A DNA stretch of 49,670 nucleotides from Vezdaea acicularis (GCA_026025075.1 JAPEUI010000116.1:1-49670), one strand, 5' to 3'. Shown: positions 33,170-46,293, counted from the stretch's first letter. Numbers and translations are program-made. Notes: generated by a model not told the origin, from the letters alone.

Positions 33170-36100
33170 ATGCAGGGGGCACAGGAGCTCTCCATGGACC
33201 GACCCCCACTTGCCGAATACTTTTGGATCGCTGGCGTCGATTCGCTATCGTATGGGCAGGATTTTTACAGCAATGGCAATAGAAACTCAAATGGAGCGTT
33301 ATTACCTCCTCCACTCGCATCTACAATTGAAGAAGACCGTCCTCTTGAGACAGATGTACGGCCACTTTCGCGGGATTCGACCAGCGAAGTTCCAGCATCC
33401 AACCCTTCTGATCCTCTCCAGCGCCTATCAAGTCTCTCCAGCGAAGCTCGTAGATCGATACGAAGTATATCTGAGCCAGAGCAGCTCACAACGAAAAGTA
33501 ATCGAAGTAGCATGACGATCAAAGGTGTCCAGGTCAACTCGACAAATGGCACCGGTTTCAGCGACGAAGATTTTGAGAAAGCACTGAAAAAGTTTGCCTC
33601 AGAAAGGGATAACTTTCTCGATGAGCTTTCGTTCACTGCAGGAACAATCTTGCCAAACCGCCCTGTTATGCACCCGAAAACTCAGAAAGTGAAGGAAGAG
33701 GAGGCGAGCGGTAATGGGAATATGGGTGGCCTACGTCCAGGACTGGGCAGTATAAGGCGGAAGTTATCATATAGGGAGTTGAGCAGCGCAAAGAGGCAAC
33801 CGTCCGTGGCACGTAATGGTAGGTTTTCACTCGATTCTAGTGAAGGATTACCTGTGTCAATTCATTTTGGCATCCAGTCTGTATTCATTTTTCTTCAAAT
33901 TGTCCTGCTTTGTCTACTTACCCTTTCCCTCTTGATCCAGGTCCTTTACTGCTGAGTCTCAGGACCTAAGCCTTCACGAACGCTAAAGCTAACATTGTAA
34001 ATACAGCTTCTGTCCGTACCTCAAAGAGGCTTAGCAACTACAACTCTGTCATACCACAGCCGCAACCTTTGCACACAAGCTCAAGTATGCATCCTCTAAA
34101 ACGCAAGTTCGAACCGGTCTTGCTTGACAGATATCCTCCAAAGAGCATGGTTGAAGAGAACAAGAGACGAGGCCCTTTTCCGGATTATGTACCTATGTTT
34201 GCATTTCCCAACGACGTCAACATTGTCTCTTCCGATGAAAGACCAAGATCCACGTGGCATGGATTTGCGATGACGACAGGAGACAATTCACGGCTTTACG
34301 GAATCTGTGTATTGATTTGGATACCTCTCAACCCCAACGCTGCGGCAGAAGTGGAAGCACGATGCGAGCAATGGAGAAGAGACAACATGACCGATGAGGA
34401 ACGAGAATTAGCGGCTAGCTTGGGCGAGAGACTTGCTCTTGAGCGTGCAAAGCTTTCGGAGCTGTTGGCTAGACTTCCACTGCTCTCATCCGGATCCCCA
34501 GCCCGAGAGTCGTTGGAAGACGAAATTAGCGCTATCGAAGAGAAGATTCAGTTGATGACAGACCTGTTGAGACCGGTTCGACATGGAGCTGCCTCCAAGA
34601 TCGAGGGTCTTACAGATGGCGATACTGGACTCTGGATTCCACGCTCTTATGGCGTTCTTGGAAAAGACCCTACACTCACCGGCTTTTGGAAAGAGTGGCT
34701 TAAAGCCGTCGTTGTACCGATGACGAATGGTGCTGTTCTGAGGGTGCCACCGAGCTCGCCGAAGTTTGGAATGTGGCAACCTCTTGAGAGATACGTTGTC
34801 AACCTGTGCATGGAAGCTTTCAGCCCCGACACGTCAAAGACACAAGTCGAGATTCTTATTAGAGAGCTACGCCTCTTTGCAAGAAAGGAAGCAGAGAATG
34901 AAATTCCTGGAAGTCGCAACGTAAATCCTGTCATCAACCAGCCTTTCGAGCTCTGACTAACCCACGAACAGACTGACTTATACGCGCTCTTTCGCTCAAT
35001 GTCAATCCAAAACATTGTGCACCTTCTCGAGGTACGACAAAGATACGGCAACTTGGAAAAATAAATCGCTAATCATTCTCTAGTTCATGCTCTCCGAATC
35101 TCGAATAATACTTCTGTCGTCCCACACGGCTATGCTACACCTAGCCAGCAAAGCTCTAGTCAGCCTTCTGTACCCGTTGACATGGGCCGGCATCTTCATC
35201 CCGGTTCTTCCAGCACGTCTGCTTTCAGCCCTTGAAGCGCCTTGTCCTTACATTGTAGGCATTGAGAGACGCTACGAAAAGATCGAGTTGCCTGATGACG
35301 ACTTCGTTCTTGTCGACCTCGACAGAGATCACATCGAAGCTACGGCTCAACCACTGTCACTGCCACGATCTATTCGGCGAAAACTAGTGTCCCTCTTACA
35401 ACTGGCAGCCCCCCACCATAATCGCTACGGTGTTGAGCCTGGTCCACCGGCTTATGCAGTCGAGACGTATCCATTCGACGCGTTCATCTCCGAGAATCCT
35501 TCTATATTCCACACCTCGTTCGAGCATAGCACACTCGCCAAATATGCTTCTCTAACTTCAACATCTTTCGGCAATGCGACGTCTGATGATCCACCCAAGC
35601 CGCCTATCTTCAACGCTTTTCTACAAGCTAGGGCTGATCAAAGAAACGGCTTCGGTGGCTCTGATCGCCCCCCAACAAGTAGAAAGAGTAGTTCTCCGCC
35701 GTCACCCTCTCTCTCCCCCGTCAATGGCCATTTTCCAACTCCGCTCCCGACGACTCCTAAGTCTCAGAATAGTTCGACTCACCATTTGACCGCCACTCTC
35801 CGCGAGAAACGCTCAGGGCACTTTAACAATGATAGCTCTTCGCGTCGCAGCTCATCATTTGCCACAATAGAAAAGGCGCCTATCCTTCGCCGGCCTTCGA
35901 TTCCGTTCTCGAACCATTCTTCACAGCCATCGCTGGCAACTATTCACACTGCCTCTGATGCACAATCTCTCTACGGCGGTTACGCTCCTTCCACTTATGC
36001 AGCATCTACCCTGGCCGCTTCCACAATCATGCCTTCCATGCTCCATCAGCCGGTCCGTAATACTGGAACTACCCTCTGGCAGGAGGGGCACTGCCTCATC

Positions 36101-36950
36101 TACGACCGTGAAGATGTCACCACGTTCTGCAACATCTGTGATGAGCGTGCCGACGAAGGTGGCCTCTACAAATGCAGTGGCTGCAGCGTTGCAGCCCACG
36201 GTCGCTGCTCGCAGCAGGTCTGTCTCGTCTGTCCAACGGCATTCCACCCTCAGCAGATTACGGCTGCGTTTGGGCGTTGCTTTGCAAGCATGTTTTTTAC
36301 TTATCGTAAATACATGAGCCCTGCCACGGGTGATGCAAAGAAGGCGGGTCAGAGATGGAAGTTCGATATGGATGGTTTCATCAAGGGTGTTCCAGGCGAT
36401 CAAGGGTCGTATCTGGCGATGCTGCGTCAGACACAGGGTACAGTCGCCTCCCAAACCCGCTCCCCTTACTAGCATCATTGCTAATCTCGTGATTGTAGCG
36501 TTTAACGAATTCATCCATGACCGTACGACGCTTCCCCCATCCACGCCGTCTATCCTTTTATTCGACGCCCTCATCGCCGCTAAGAAAACCCGCTCCCGCT
36601 TCTCCCTCTCCGCTAAGACCTCCTCTTTCTCCAGCACCTTGGCCAACCTCTCCACCAAGAACTCCTCCGGCAGCACGACACCCCTCAACTTCCTTCAAGA
36701 CACCTCGAACCATCTCTATGCCTCCGCTTGCGCTACTCCACCCTTGTCTCGTCTCCCAGGCGACTACATGAAGATGACCAGCCGCATCCCCGCAAAGCTC
36801 GACCCGGCGCTCATGAAGGAACCACGTGTCGTGCAGGGCAAAGCAAGAGTTGTGAGGGGCGGGCCGGTGGGCAGGAAGGCGGTGCCGAGTATGCTAGGGC
36901 CGAGTCTCCTTGGGGGAAAGGCTCGACAGTCACAAGGCACTGATATATGA
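33170..36950 (+). CDS. DENN-domain protein (uDENN/DENN/dDENN, Rab GEF family) with C1-like Zn finger
   Basis: Introns 33819-34006, 34921-34971, 35032-35083, 36438-36498. Motifs LAEYFWIAG, FEPVLLDRYP, YVPMFAFP, ESRIILLSSH, YPLTWAGIFIPVLPARLLSALEAPCPYIVGI, VLVDLD, QTQAFNEFI; H-x12-C-x2-C...C-x2-C-x4-H-x2-C-x7-C. Start could be Met1 (33170) or Met9 (33194). Confidence 0.93.
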
Positions 36951-37460
36951 CGAGTTGGCATCGAAGAACAGGACACTCATCATCTGAACATTTACCGAAT
37001 ACTACTGAATAAGGGAGGCTCCACCCCCCACCCTCTCCCCTATTGCTCACTACTACTACCACCACCCCGTCGAATGTTCCAGCCTCTATCATCGAGCGAT
37101 ACCCTGCGATCACGCCATTGGATCAAGCAAATAACTTGGATAAAACTACACCCCCCGTCCCGTCCTAGTCCTCCAAACGTCCACCTTTTCTCCTGTTCTT
37201 CGCACCATACTTCCATAGGCTCTCTTCTCCTTTACTTCCTCCTCCTTTGGCTTCTAGTTTGGATCGTATCGGACCAGGGGAGCATCGAATCAGCGGGCTG
37301 GCGTTCTCTGTTTCTGTTTCTGTTCCTTTCTTTCTTTATACGCTTTTTTTTCTTCTCTTTTTCGTTCGTCCCCGGCTCTGGTTCGTCCTGTTTGTATACT
37401 AGAATTTTTTCTGCTTGTATCATAGATACCTGGATCGCCATGGATGGATTGGCGGGTGAG

Positions 37461-37523
37461 TGGATGGACGGACGGACGGATAGATGGTGCGGAATGAACG
37501 AACGAACGAACGATCGATCGATC
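37461..37523. repeat. compound tetranucleotide repeats (GGAT/GGAC)n, (GAAC)n, (GATC)n
   Basis: tggatggacggacggacggat...gaacgaacgaacgaacgatcgatcgatc. Confidence 0.8.
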
Positions 37524-37884
37524 AAATGCATGCACGGATGCCCCCGACCAGATATCTCCCCCTCCCTCCTCATGAAGAGAATAAAAATCCCCACGTCCCC
37601 TCCCCACCGCGATCTACCCAACCCAACCCCATCCCCCTTCTGGGCACGAGAAGTGGCGGGATCATCCCCATCCACATCACTCTTCCTCCATCTCCATCGC
37701 CGCCGCAACAATAACACCTCCCTCTCCCCCTCCACGCGCTTCTATTGTTATTCGTTTCTCAACCATGACCCCGCCTCAGCGCCGGTCTCTCCCCTCTCTA
37801 CACATCCCCTTTCCCCTCCCTCCCTCCCCTCCTCTCATCTGACTTAAAACCCGGGTAGCTTGGGTAACCGCGATATTCCCCCCC

Positions 37885-37911
37885 TCTTCTTCTTCTTCTT
37901 CTTCTTCTTCT
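37885..37911. repeat. (TCT)9 microsatellite
   Basis: direct reading. Confidence 0.9.
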
Positions 37912-38711
37912 ACACAAGTATCCGTCCGATCAATAGATGGTTCACCCGGTAGGAAAGCTTAACGTGCAGCGGAGCGCCGGAAAGCGGGAGTGAGAGAGTG
38001 AGAGTGAGAGTGAGTGTGAGGGAAGCAGGGGGGCGGGCGGGCGGATGGGTGAAGAGGGCGGGTGAGAGGGCGGGTGAGCGGGTAATGAGGCTGGAGGGGC
38101 TGTATGGTATTGGGATGCTCGGATCTGGTTCCGTCTCGGGTCGGAGAGGTTGGGGGGGAGGGGGTGGCGGCGAGGGGGTGGGGGGGTGAAATGGCGATGC
38201 CGAATAAAAAGGTCGTGGCTTGTGGCTTGTGGGATTTGGGAAGGGGGGAGAGAATGAGGTTCACGAGAGCGGAGGCTACGGGATGGGACACAGTGGAGAA
38301 GACGCAGGGGTTTCTAATGTGATATGATTGCTCTCTTTCTCTTTCTCTCTCTGTCTCTCTGTCTGTCTGTGTCTGTTTCTGTATGAGGCAAAGTCTATCT
38401 ACGACCCCCTGATCCGCCGCTTCCACGAAGGGTGCAGAACCGCGACGAGGATCAATCAGCCTTCGCCCGCAAGCAAAGGTGCAACTACCGGTCTAAATTC
38501 GCGTGTTTGCTCGAAAGGAATAAGGGAGGTTGAGAAACGGGCAGGCCGGCAGAGAAGGAAAAGCTTTAGTGAAGAAGAAGTTGAAAGAAAAGGAGGTTTG
38601 CTGTGAATATCCCATCCGATCTTATCCCCACCCTCCCCCTCCCCTCCTCGATGAACGAAGAACCCTCCCTTCCTTAGCAAGCAAAAACTAGATGAACGTC
38701 CATCGCACAGT

Positions 38712-38752
38712 CCCATCCCATCCATTCCATCCCAGTTCATTCCATTCCATTT
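38712..38752. repeat. degenerate pentamer repeat (CCATC/CCATT)
   Basis: cccatcccatccattccatcccagttcattccattccattt. Confidence 0.7.
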
Positions 38753-39079
38753 CAATCCCGGCGGAGAGCGCGAAAAAAATACGATAAAATAAAAGGAGTC
38801 CAGTGTGTGAGAATAATTCTGATATCCAAGAGGAAAAGAAAGGGCCCTGACCGTAGGACTACAACACCGAGCGAAACGCCGCGGCGCCTTCGCTGTCTAG
38901 TATGTGTGACAAAATAAAAAGTAGGGGGGGGGGGGTGTTTGTTGGTCTGTTTGTGTGGTTTCGGTGGTGATGATGGTATTGATGGTAGTGATGATGGTGG
39001 TGGTGTGGAGAGATCGTGGTTGCACCATTCCCCTCACTCGTCTAAGATATTTATAAGGGGTTTTCCTTAAGGGGCTCGC

Positions 39080-42000
39080 TCAATCGCCATCGCTCAGGGC
39101 GACGGCCCTGCCGACTGTTCCGGTACTGCCACTCCTGTGGCCACGCGCACTCACGCCCGTGCCTCGCCGCGCCGCATTGACGCTTGAGAGCGGGGTGATC
39201 TCGTTCTGACGCGCTGTAGCAGCAGGCTCACTTGTTGCATCTCCCGTCCCCGCAACCGCTGCCGCAGCCGCTGCAGCAGCAGCATTGCCCTTCGACCTGC
39301 GGCGTGTCATGACAAGGAAATCGCCTTCGTCCGAGTCGTCGTCATCGTCGCTCTCGACGGCATGGTCGCCATTGTAGCCTGGGTCTTCATCTGAGACGAT
39401 AGACGTCGTTGAAGCAGAGGACTCGCGCTCCGTTTCGGATTCTTGGGTAGTGGGGGTGGTAATGGAGTCCGGGCGCGTGGAAGAGGCGGCGATGGAGGAT
39501 TTGCTGAGCAGGCCGCTGTAGTTCGCAAAGTCGTCCGTCGGAATGGAAGAGCTGGCTGACACGATGGAGGGGATGGAGGGGTGGGAGGTGGATTGCGAGG
39601 TGGAGGATGTAAAGTGGTCTTCGGATGAGCTGGAGATCATAGGAGGGGCTGCTGCAGGTGGTAGCGCGATGATGTAATGTCCACTTTCTCGTAGCCGCCT
39701 CTTCTCCTCTTCCTGCCTCCTGTAGAAAACATCGTCGTCCGGACTCGGAGGACAGCTACTCGGGGTGTTCGTATCGGACGCAATGCCAGCGGTGGTATGG
39801 GGCCTCGCCCTGGATAATTGCTCCATTTCGAGGCGATGGCGACGATTCAGCTGCGTTTCGGCGCGGCTGTAGGCTTCTGGAGTTGACTCTCCCGGACGAA
39901 GTGGAGCTGAGGGACAAGCATGAACGGTGGTTGTCGTCACCTCTGGCGCTGGTGCTGTCGTCGGTCTGCCAGTAGCAAGTGAGGGTCGACGTATGTCAAG
40001 TTGCCCACCAAATTGAGGAGTCAGGTGACGTGGTAACGACGTGTCCGAAGGGGAACGAGCAATAACCGGGCTAGAAGCATGATCATGAGCTCCCGAGAAG
40101 GCATCTCGAAGCGCAGGCGGTGGATCAACAACACCGGCTGCTACTGTGGTGCTCAGCGCCAGGCTGGGTTGAGCGTGTGGGTCTTCCGTTCCAGCGCCAA
40201 TACGATCGCCAGAATGCACACGTTTGCCGTTGCCAAAAGCCTCGCCTTGATCTGCATCAAAGTCTGCGCTTTGGATGCTCTTCAAGGTCCTATGTGGAGC
40301 TCCGCCAAAGATACCTGTCAGATTAGAACTGCCCATCGCCTCCATCGCCGTCGGGTTTCCGGGTAGCCCTGGAGATACGGGTGGCGAGCTTGAGATGTCA
40401 GAATGGGAAGGATAACGTCTGACGGTTCTCACTGAAGCTCCAGAGCTCGAGATCCCCCTTTCCATCGCGTCAGGGCGCCCTAACGTGGAGCCATAGCTAC
40501 TGGAGTGCTTGTGAAGAGGGGTGATGGTTCTCACAGATGCCCCTGAAGTCGAGGGCGCTCTATCCAAGGTCGTTGGCCGAGCCAAGCTCATATCCTCACC
40601 CGAATTCTGTCTCGACGGAGATGAAACAGGTGTCGTAGATGCCGCTTGGGCCGCGAAGAGAAAGGGGTCGCTCTCGGTTATATCTGGACTGGCAGTGACG
40701 CTTTGCGAGAGGGGGTGATCTCCTTCACGAGAAGCTTTCAGCGCCGAGAATATTGCTTCGTCTCCTCTTATGCTCGCTCGGCGGGCTTCTTTATCAAGGG
40801 ATGAAGATGAACCAGGCTGAGAGTCTGGAGTACCTGCTGAACGTAGAGAGCTCTCTGCTCGCTTGCGTATCTCTTTGCCCTTGCCAAGACCAACCATGCG
40901 CCTGACACCCGACCTTATGCGCTCGAACAGGTTGACACGAACGACGGCGCGTTGAACATCTTCCGTGGATACCTCAATCTTCCGTCCACTATTAACGTAA
41001 TCCGGATCGGTCTTGTCAATCCAATCGTTCGGATCAGGAACTCCAGCCACCACCCACGGATGGTGCTTGATCTCCTTGATCGAGATCCGTCTCGAGGGGT
41101 CTTTGATGAGCAGCCGTCTGATCAAGTCGTGGAGAGTATCATCGATCTCTTCGTATAGAAGTTCCGTCTCAAGCCTGAAGCCTGGTGGTGGGTATTGCCC
41201 AGCGGCGTTGTCTGCTTCAGCCCTCCACGGCAGTCCGTTCGCGACCGGTCTCAGTCTTTTATGGGGTATGTAGACATCTTCGTCCGCGATCGCTTTGAAC
41301 ATCTGAAATTGATCTTCGGCGAGGAAAGGTAGTCTGGCGAACACAAGGCAGAAGAGTGTGGCCCCCAGTGCCCATACATCGATTTTGCCAGTGACTGAAG
41401 GAGGATTTTCATTGGTGGCAAAGTCTGTCCGGCAGAGCTCAGGTGCGTAGAAGGCGGGTGTGCCGACAGTCTTCGCGAGCTCGATCGCCTCATCCAGTGG
41501 CTGAGCATCGGATTCGGACAGCTCTTCCCCAGCATCGTCGTCGCGGATGGGCCTGCCAAGGTACGAGACGCCAAAGTCAGAAATCTTTACGCGGTGTTCC
41601 GCGGTCCAAAGTAGGTTCGCAGGCTTGATGTCTCGATGGATGATCCCTTGGTAATGCAAGTATTCAAGTCCTAGTAAGGTGTCCCGGAAAGCAACACGAG
41701 CTTCAGAGATCGTCAAGCATGGGACATAGGAAAAGTCCTCCTCGAATGGGTCGACTCCAATGTCCGAAGACATTGTCGAGATGTAGCTGCCCGCAATACT
41801 TGGAGTCCGGCCTCGCGGTGCCTCTGGGACGTACGTAGAAGAGCTCGATCTCGCGAAATTAGTCGTTGATGAAGCGTAAGAGGGATTGGAGGAAGTGTGC
41901 GTCAGATCGTGATCCGAGTCGGCCGATGGAAGGTCGACCTCCTGTGGAAGGGGCGTTGCGGGACGATTTGAATGGGTGCGAACGTCTCTTGAATATGGCG

Positions 42001-43628
42001 AACGAGAACGTAATTTTGTCAGAGCCTCATGGGTCGCTACGAGCGACGTTGAGCTTTCCAGGCGAGTGAGGGTTGCAAAATCCGACTCGGCCTCTGATCC
42101 TATTTGGGGTTCTCGCTGATCGTCATCTTCGTCCGAGTCTCCGCTAAACTCTAAGCTCCAATGAGCCTTTCGTTCGAGCTGGAACTGCCTTTGTCGTTGG
42201 CGTTGCCTCTCGCGCTGCTCTCGACGCTTGAGCGCTTCCCTCAGGATCCGTTCGGTCTCGGCCGCGTTGGAAGAGTCTTCATGGACGCCACGAGTTTCTC
42301 GATCGTATCGTCGCCGCTCTATCAGTGAGATTTCCCGCACCCCTTTCACTCGCCACCTGATCTCGCCCAGCGAAACGTATTCGAGGACGATGTAGACTTT
42401 CTTCTTGGCAGGGTCGTCGATGACTTCAAGCAAGCTGACAACATGATCATGACGGGCCTTTTTCAAGATAGCGACCTCTTTCTTGACCTTGTCTTCTGGG
42501 TCGCCGAGCCTGCCGAGCCGCCGTCGCTTGGAATATCTCTCGACGATCTTGATGGCGACTATCTCCGAGTTCTCAAGATTGCGCCCTCGCTTTACCTTGC
42601 CATGGACGCCTCGACCTAATTCGTCGATGACCTCGTATTGGTTGATGAGCTTACGCCCTGACATGGGGTCGACATCTATGTCGGCAATGTGGGTTCTGAA
42701 ACGCAAAAGATCAGTAAATATGCTGCGACATCTTTCCACGTGGACTGATCGAGTAATATTCCGATGCACGCTCGTTGTGTCACGATGGAATTGAGCGGTC
42801 CGTAAACTTGAAGGATTGGATCACTTACTCTCTTGGCTGCCTCTCCTGCGTCCAGTGCAGCTTTGCGCCGCCTGGGATCCCCGTCGTTGCACCATGCTCA
42901 TAGAGGTCGGCTTGGCCGACGGGGCTGAAGAGGCCAGGGCTTGAAGCTGGCGTGTTCCCAACCGTCTTCGAACCGGATTCCGAGCTACCGGTCTCCTGGG
43001 AGTGTGACCGGGCGGTCGAGAATGCATTATACTGCGTGTACTGTGAAGGATTCGAGCTGCGAGTTCGAAGAGCGTGGGGTTGGTAAGGAGACTGATAGAC
43101 TTGTGAATGAAGGACGGAGAAAGCTTGGTTTGGGTAGACGGGGTAATCGCGCCGCGACTGTATGGAAGGATTGACTTGTGGTAGAGGTGAAGAGAAGACA
43201 GGAGCAGAGGTGGGGCCCGCACTGCTCGCACTCGTCGTTGGCATGCTTGACAGCTCTTGAATGCCCGACCGCTCTTTCAGCAGAGTCGTGGGTGAGGCAA
43301 ACCCGGCTGACACGGGAGAACGTCTGCCTGTGACGGAGAAGGACGAGCTGAGGACGCTGCTGAGCGGTGATGACGTTGTAGATGTATTCGCGGTTTCGGG
43401 TGCGGATGCGGATTGACTGGTCCGGTCGTGTTGCTGGGACCTGGGTACAAAGTAGCCCTCTGATAAGGGCATGTTATGGAGTTGCCCATCCGGGCTGGAT
43501 TCGACGGCAGTGCGTATCTGTGACCGTGGGGTCTCTGAATCGTCCCCGGAGCTGTGAGAGACCTTGGACTGCACGTCATCGCCTTCCATACTGGCGTCGA
43601 GCGTTGGCGGCACGTGGGAGTCCTCCAT
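39080..43628 (-). CDS. Ser/Thr kinase of the CaMKK / Sak1-Tos3-Elm1 / Ssp1 group (Snf1/AMPK upstream kinase type)
   Basis: Exon 1 43628-42829, intron 42828-42697 (GTAAGT...ACTGAT...CAG), exon 2 42696-39080. RETH...SGRKLINQYEVIDELGRGVHGKVK, VAIKIV, EVAILKK, LGLEYLHYQGIIHRDIKPANLL, KISDFGVS, ELAKTVGTPAFYAPELC, DVWALG. N-terminal start uncertain. Confidence 0.92.
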
Positions 43629-44469
43629 CGTCAACCTCGACCTTCGGCAGGCTTGTGATGAAAGTGGTACGACTTCATCCTCAGAGGGCCGACTCCCACT
43701 CCATATCTCCTGGGAGAGCCTCGTCGCTCGTCCAGCGTCCGATGCGAAGGTTGAGCGTTGAGTCCGCCTAGGCGAGGTCGACGGATCCACTTGATAAGAA
43801 TGTGGCCGTAGCGTAATCGCAGTTAAGGAGGGTCGTCGGAGTTCCAATCACGGTGTTGGAGGGCATTCGAGGCGGTGATCGAGGAGAGCGAGAGGGAGGA
43901 CGACAAGTGTTGTGGTTGATGGAACGGGGTCGAGGAAAAAGACTCAAGTGGTTGATGAAGGCCTATCACGATGGGGACTGCTCTGGCGGGCCCGCCGTCG
44001 TGCAGTAAGCGTGCGAGAGCGAGTTGCAGCGAGCCCAGCAGCACGGACGGTCGCCCAACGTTCCCTGCGCGCGACGCTCTTTTCGTACCCTCCGGTGCGC
44101 CGGGGGCCCCCCCTGTCGAACTGCCGTAGCCGACTCTTGGGCCTCGCTACGGCCGCCGGGGCGAGGGCCAGCCCTGAGTGGCCGGATGTGACTGGCCAGC
44201 CCTCTCCGGCATCCCCCACCGCAGTTCAACACATCGCCGAAAGCACATCAAGCCCCTCGAGCCCCTCTCAACCGCCGAGCAGGCGGCCGCTTCCTCTGCC
44301 CAGTCGACGACCGAATACTGAATAGTCGCCCGTCTGCGATTCCCCACTTCGCCGAGCTGGGCGCCGACTCGCAGAAGATCGTCCGTGGCGACCGCCCGCA
44401 CGCGGTGGCCGGACCTTTCTCCTTGACTGCAGCCAGGGGACTGCGGATCTTGATTGCGAAGCAGACGGA

Positions 44470-44491
44470 CAAGGGCAAGGGCAAGGGCAAG
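44470..44491. repeat. (CAAGGG)3+ hexamer repeat
   Basis: caagggcaagggcaagggcaag. Confidence 0.8.
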
Positions 44492-46262
44492 AGCAGGGGC
44501 CAGGGCACGCTCGCTCGCTCTTCCGTCCTCCCTCTCTCTCCTCGAGTCGGCCATCTCAGCCACGCCCCGCGAGAGCTCCCCCTCATGGGCTGCCATTGCA
44601 CCCCAACACGGAACATCGACCGCACCGCCTGTCGGTCATCCGATCATGGGCGATTGCGACTGACCCCTGCCCAGCCGCCGTCCGAGCACGCAGGGGGCAT
44701 CGTCTGCGGGCAAAAGGGACGTCCGCGAGACTGCTTTTGGTCGAACCCGCAATATCGGATTCATCAGCCACGGTCTTTGGGACACCCTCCTCGCAGGCGG
44801 CGGGCAATAAAGCTGCCCGCTCCCTGCAGTGGGAAAGTCGACGATGGCCAACTTGTCAAAACGCCGTGTTACGCTCGCTCGAGGGCGGGCGGCAGGGGTG
44901 CGAGGGATGGCCACATGCAGGGTCACCGCGGGGCCTGTTGCGTAGCTGCGTCGTGCGGAAAACCCCCCCCAGTGACGCGCGACGACGACTGCGACTGCTC
45001 GTCTGTTCAACCGAACAGCCGCTAGGCCGCGCCCTCACCAAGCCGACTCGCACGTCGCTCATGAACGACGAGCGGACTAGCCGTGCCAGGAGCGATGTGC
45101 ATGCCGTTCACTGCTCCCTTCTACCTCCATCGTGGCCTCCCTTTTCGCTCGTCAGCCGCGATGGCCGCAACAGACTCGCGCGAGAGACGGTCGCCCTCCG
45201 ACACGACCCTCCAAAGGGAGAAGATGGGCGGGCGCGGTGCGAACGAACGAGCGGAGGTGGCTGCATGCTGTCTCGCTCGCCGCCTCTCGTGCTCATCTCG
45301 CGCTCACCCTCACGCCGCGCTGGAGGGCAAGTCAACACGACTCGAGCGCGCCCATCGACGGGAGCACACCCTCTCGACGGCGCTCAATTTCGACGAGCGA
45401 GGCGCTAATTTACCCCAGACTCTTCGTCCCCAACCCCGGACTTTGCCTTTGCTTTTTGCCCGCCGCCAAGGCGAGGGGAGGGGAGACGGGGCCGGCGAAC
45501 GCAGACGCAGACGGAGCCGGAGGGGGGAGGGGGATCAGGGAAGGGGGATCGCTCTCCGCATTCTGATGCAGTGCAGAGCAGCGCAGAGCAGAGCACAGCA
45601 CAGCAGAGAGCACCGCAAGATGCACGAACATGATCTTCGATCTATCAACTCGGTGCTTCTGCACACCGCGACGTACGCCGTTAGCTCGCCGGTGCAGCTC
45701 GCCACGCCCACTCGCTCCGTGCGCGGCTTATCGACTGTCGACGTCGGTGTCGACGGGTGCGCCATCAGACCCTGTCCCTCTCCCTCTCTCCCTCCGCCTC
45801 CACTTCCGCCTCTCTGCCTCTGCCTGTCTCATGACGACGACGGATACCGACCGGCCCTGCTGCTGCTTGTTTCCGAGGACATGCTCGGCGCCTCGAATCA
45901 CCCCCTTCGCTGCTAATGTGCGGTCGGCGCAGCCATTCGGTCTAGAGTCGAGAGTCGGGAGTCGAGAAGCCAAAGCGGCCGAGTGGAGCGGCGAGGACAC
46001 TGGAACGTAACGGCGATGACATGCGAGCTCGATCGACGGCCAGCCAATCGCCGCAGCAGCAGCATCGTGCGTCGGACCGCTCGCTCTGTCGTCGCTGCCC
46101 ATCTCGCTCAACTGCCGCAACGTGCAAAGGGGGAAGGAGAAGGAGGGGGGGGCCGTGGGGCCATGGGCGCGGCGGGGACTTTGGGAAGGCGCGAGTGAGG
46201 CCGATGATGGATGATCCATCTGACAGGTCACAATTCGGGCTGGCTCGCTCTTGCCCTCCTTG

Positions 46263-46267
<5 letters not shown>

Positions 46268-46293
<26 letters not shown>
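46268..46293. repeat. (TC)13 microsatellite
   Basis: direct reading. Confidence 0.9.

Noticed and set aside
33917..33960. TACCC...CTTGATCCAGG resemblance to a TPP riboswitch in DENN intron 1
   Set aside because: No upstream CUGAGA, no GUAAU/AUAAU L5 loop, no closing GCG...GG; host gene unrelated to thiamine.
37074..38755. ORFs up to 257 aa between the DENN and kinase genes
   Set aside because: Built from simple repeats and C- or G-rich tracts; typical shadow ORFs of a terminator spacer.
42697..42769. ORF-track N-terminus for the kinase (MHRNITRSV...)
   Set aside because: Intron sequence; the real join is PRE-THIAD across intron 42828-42697.
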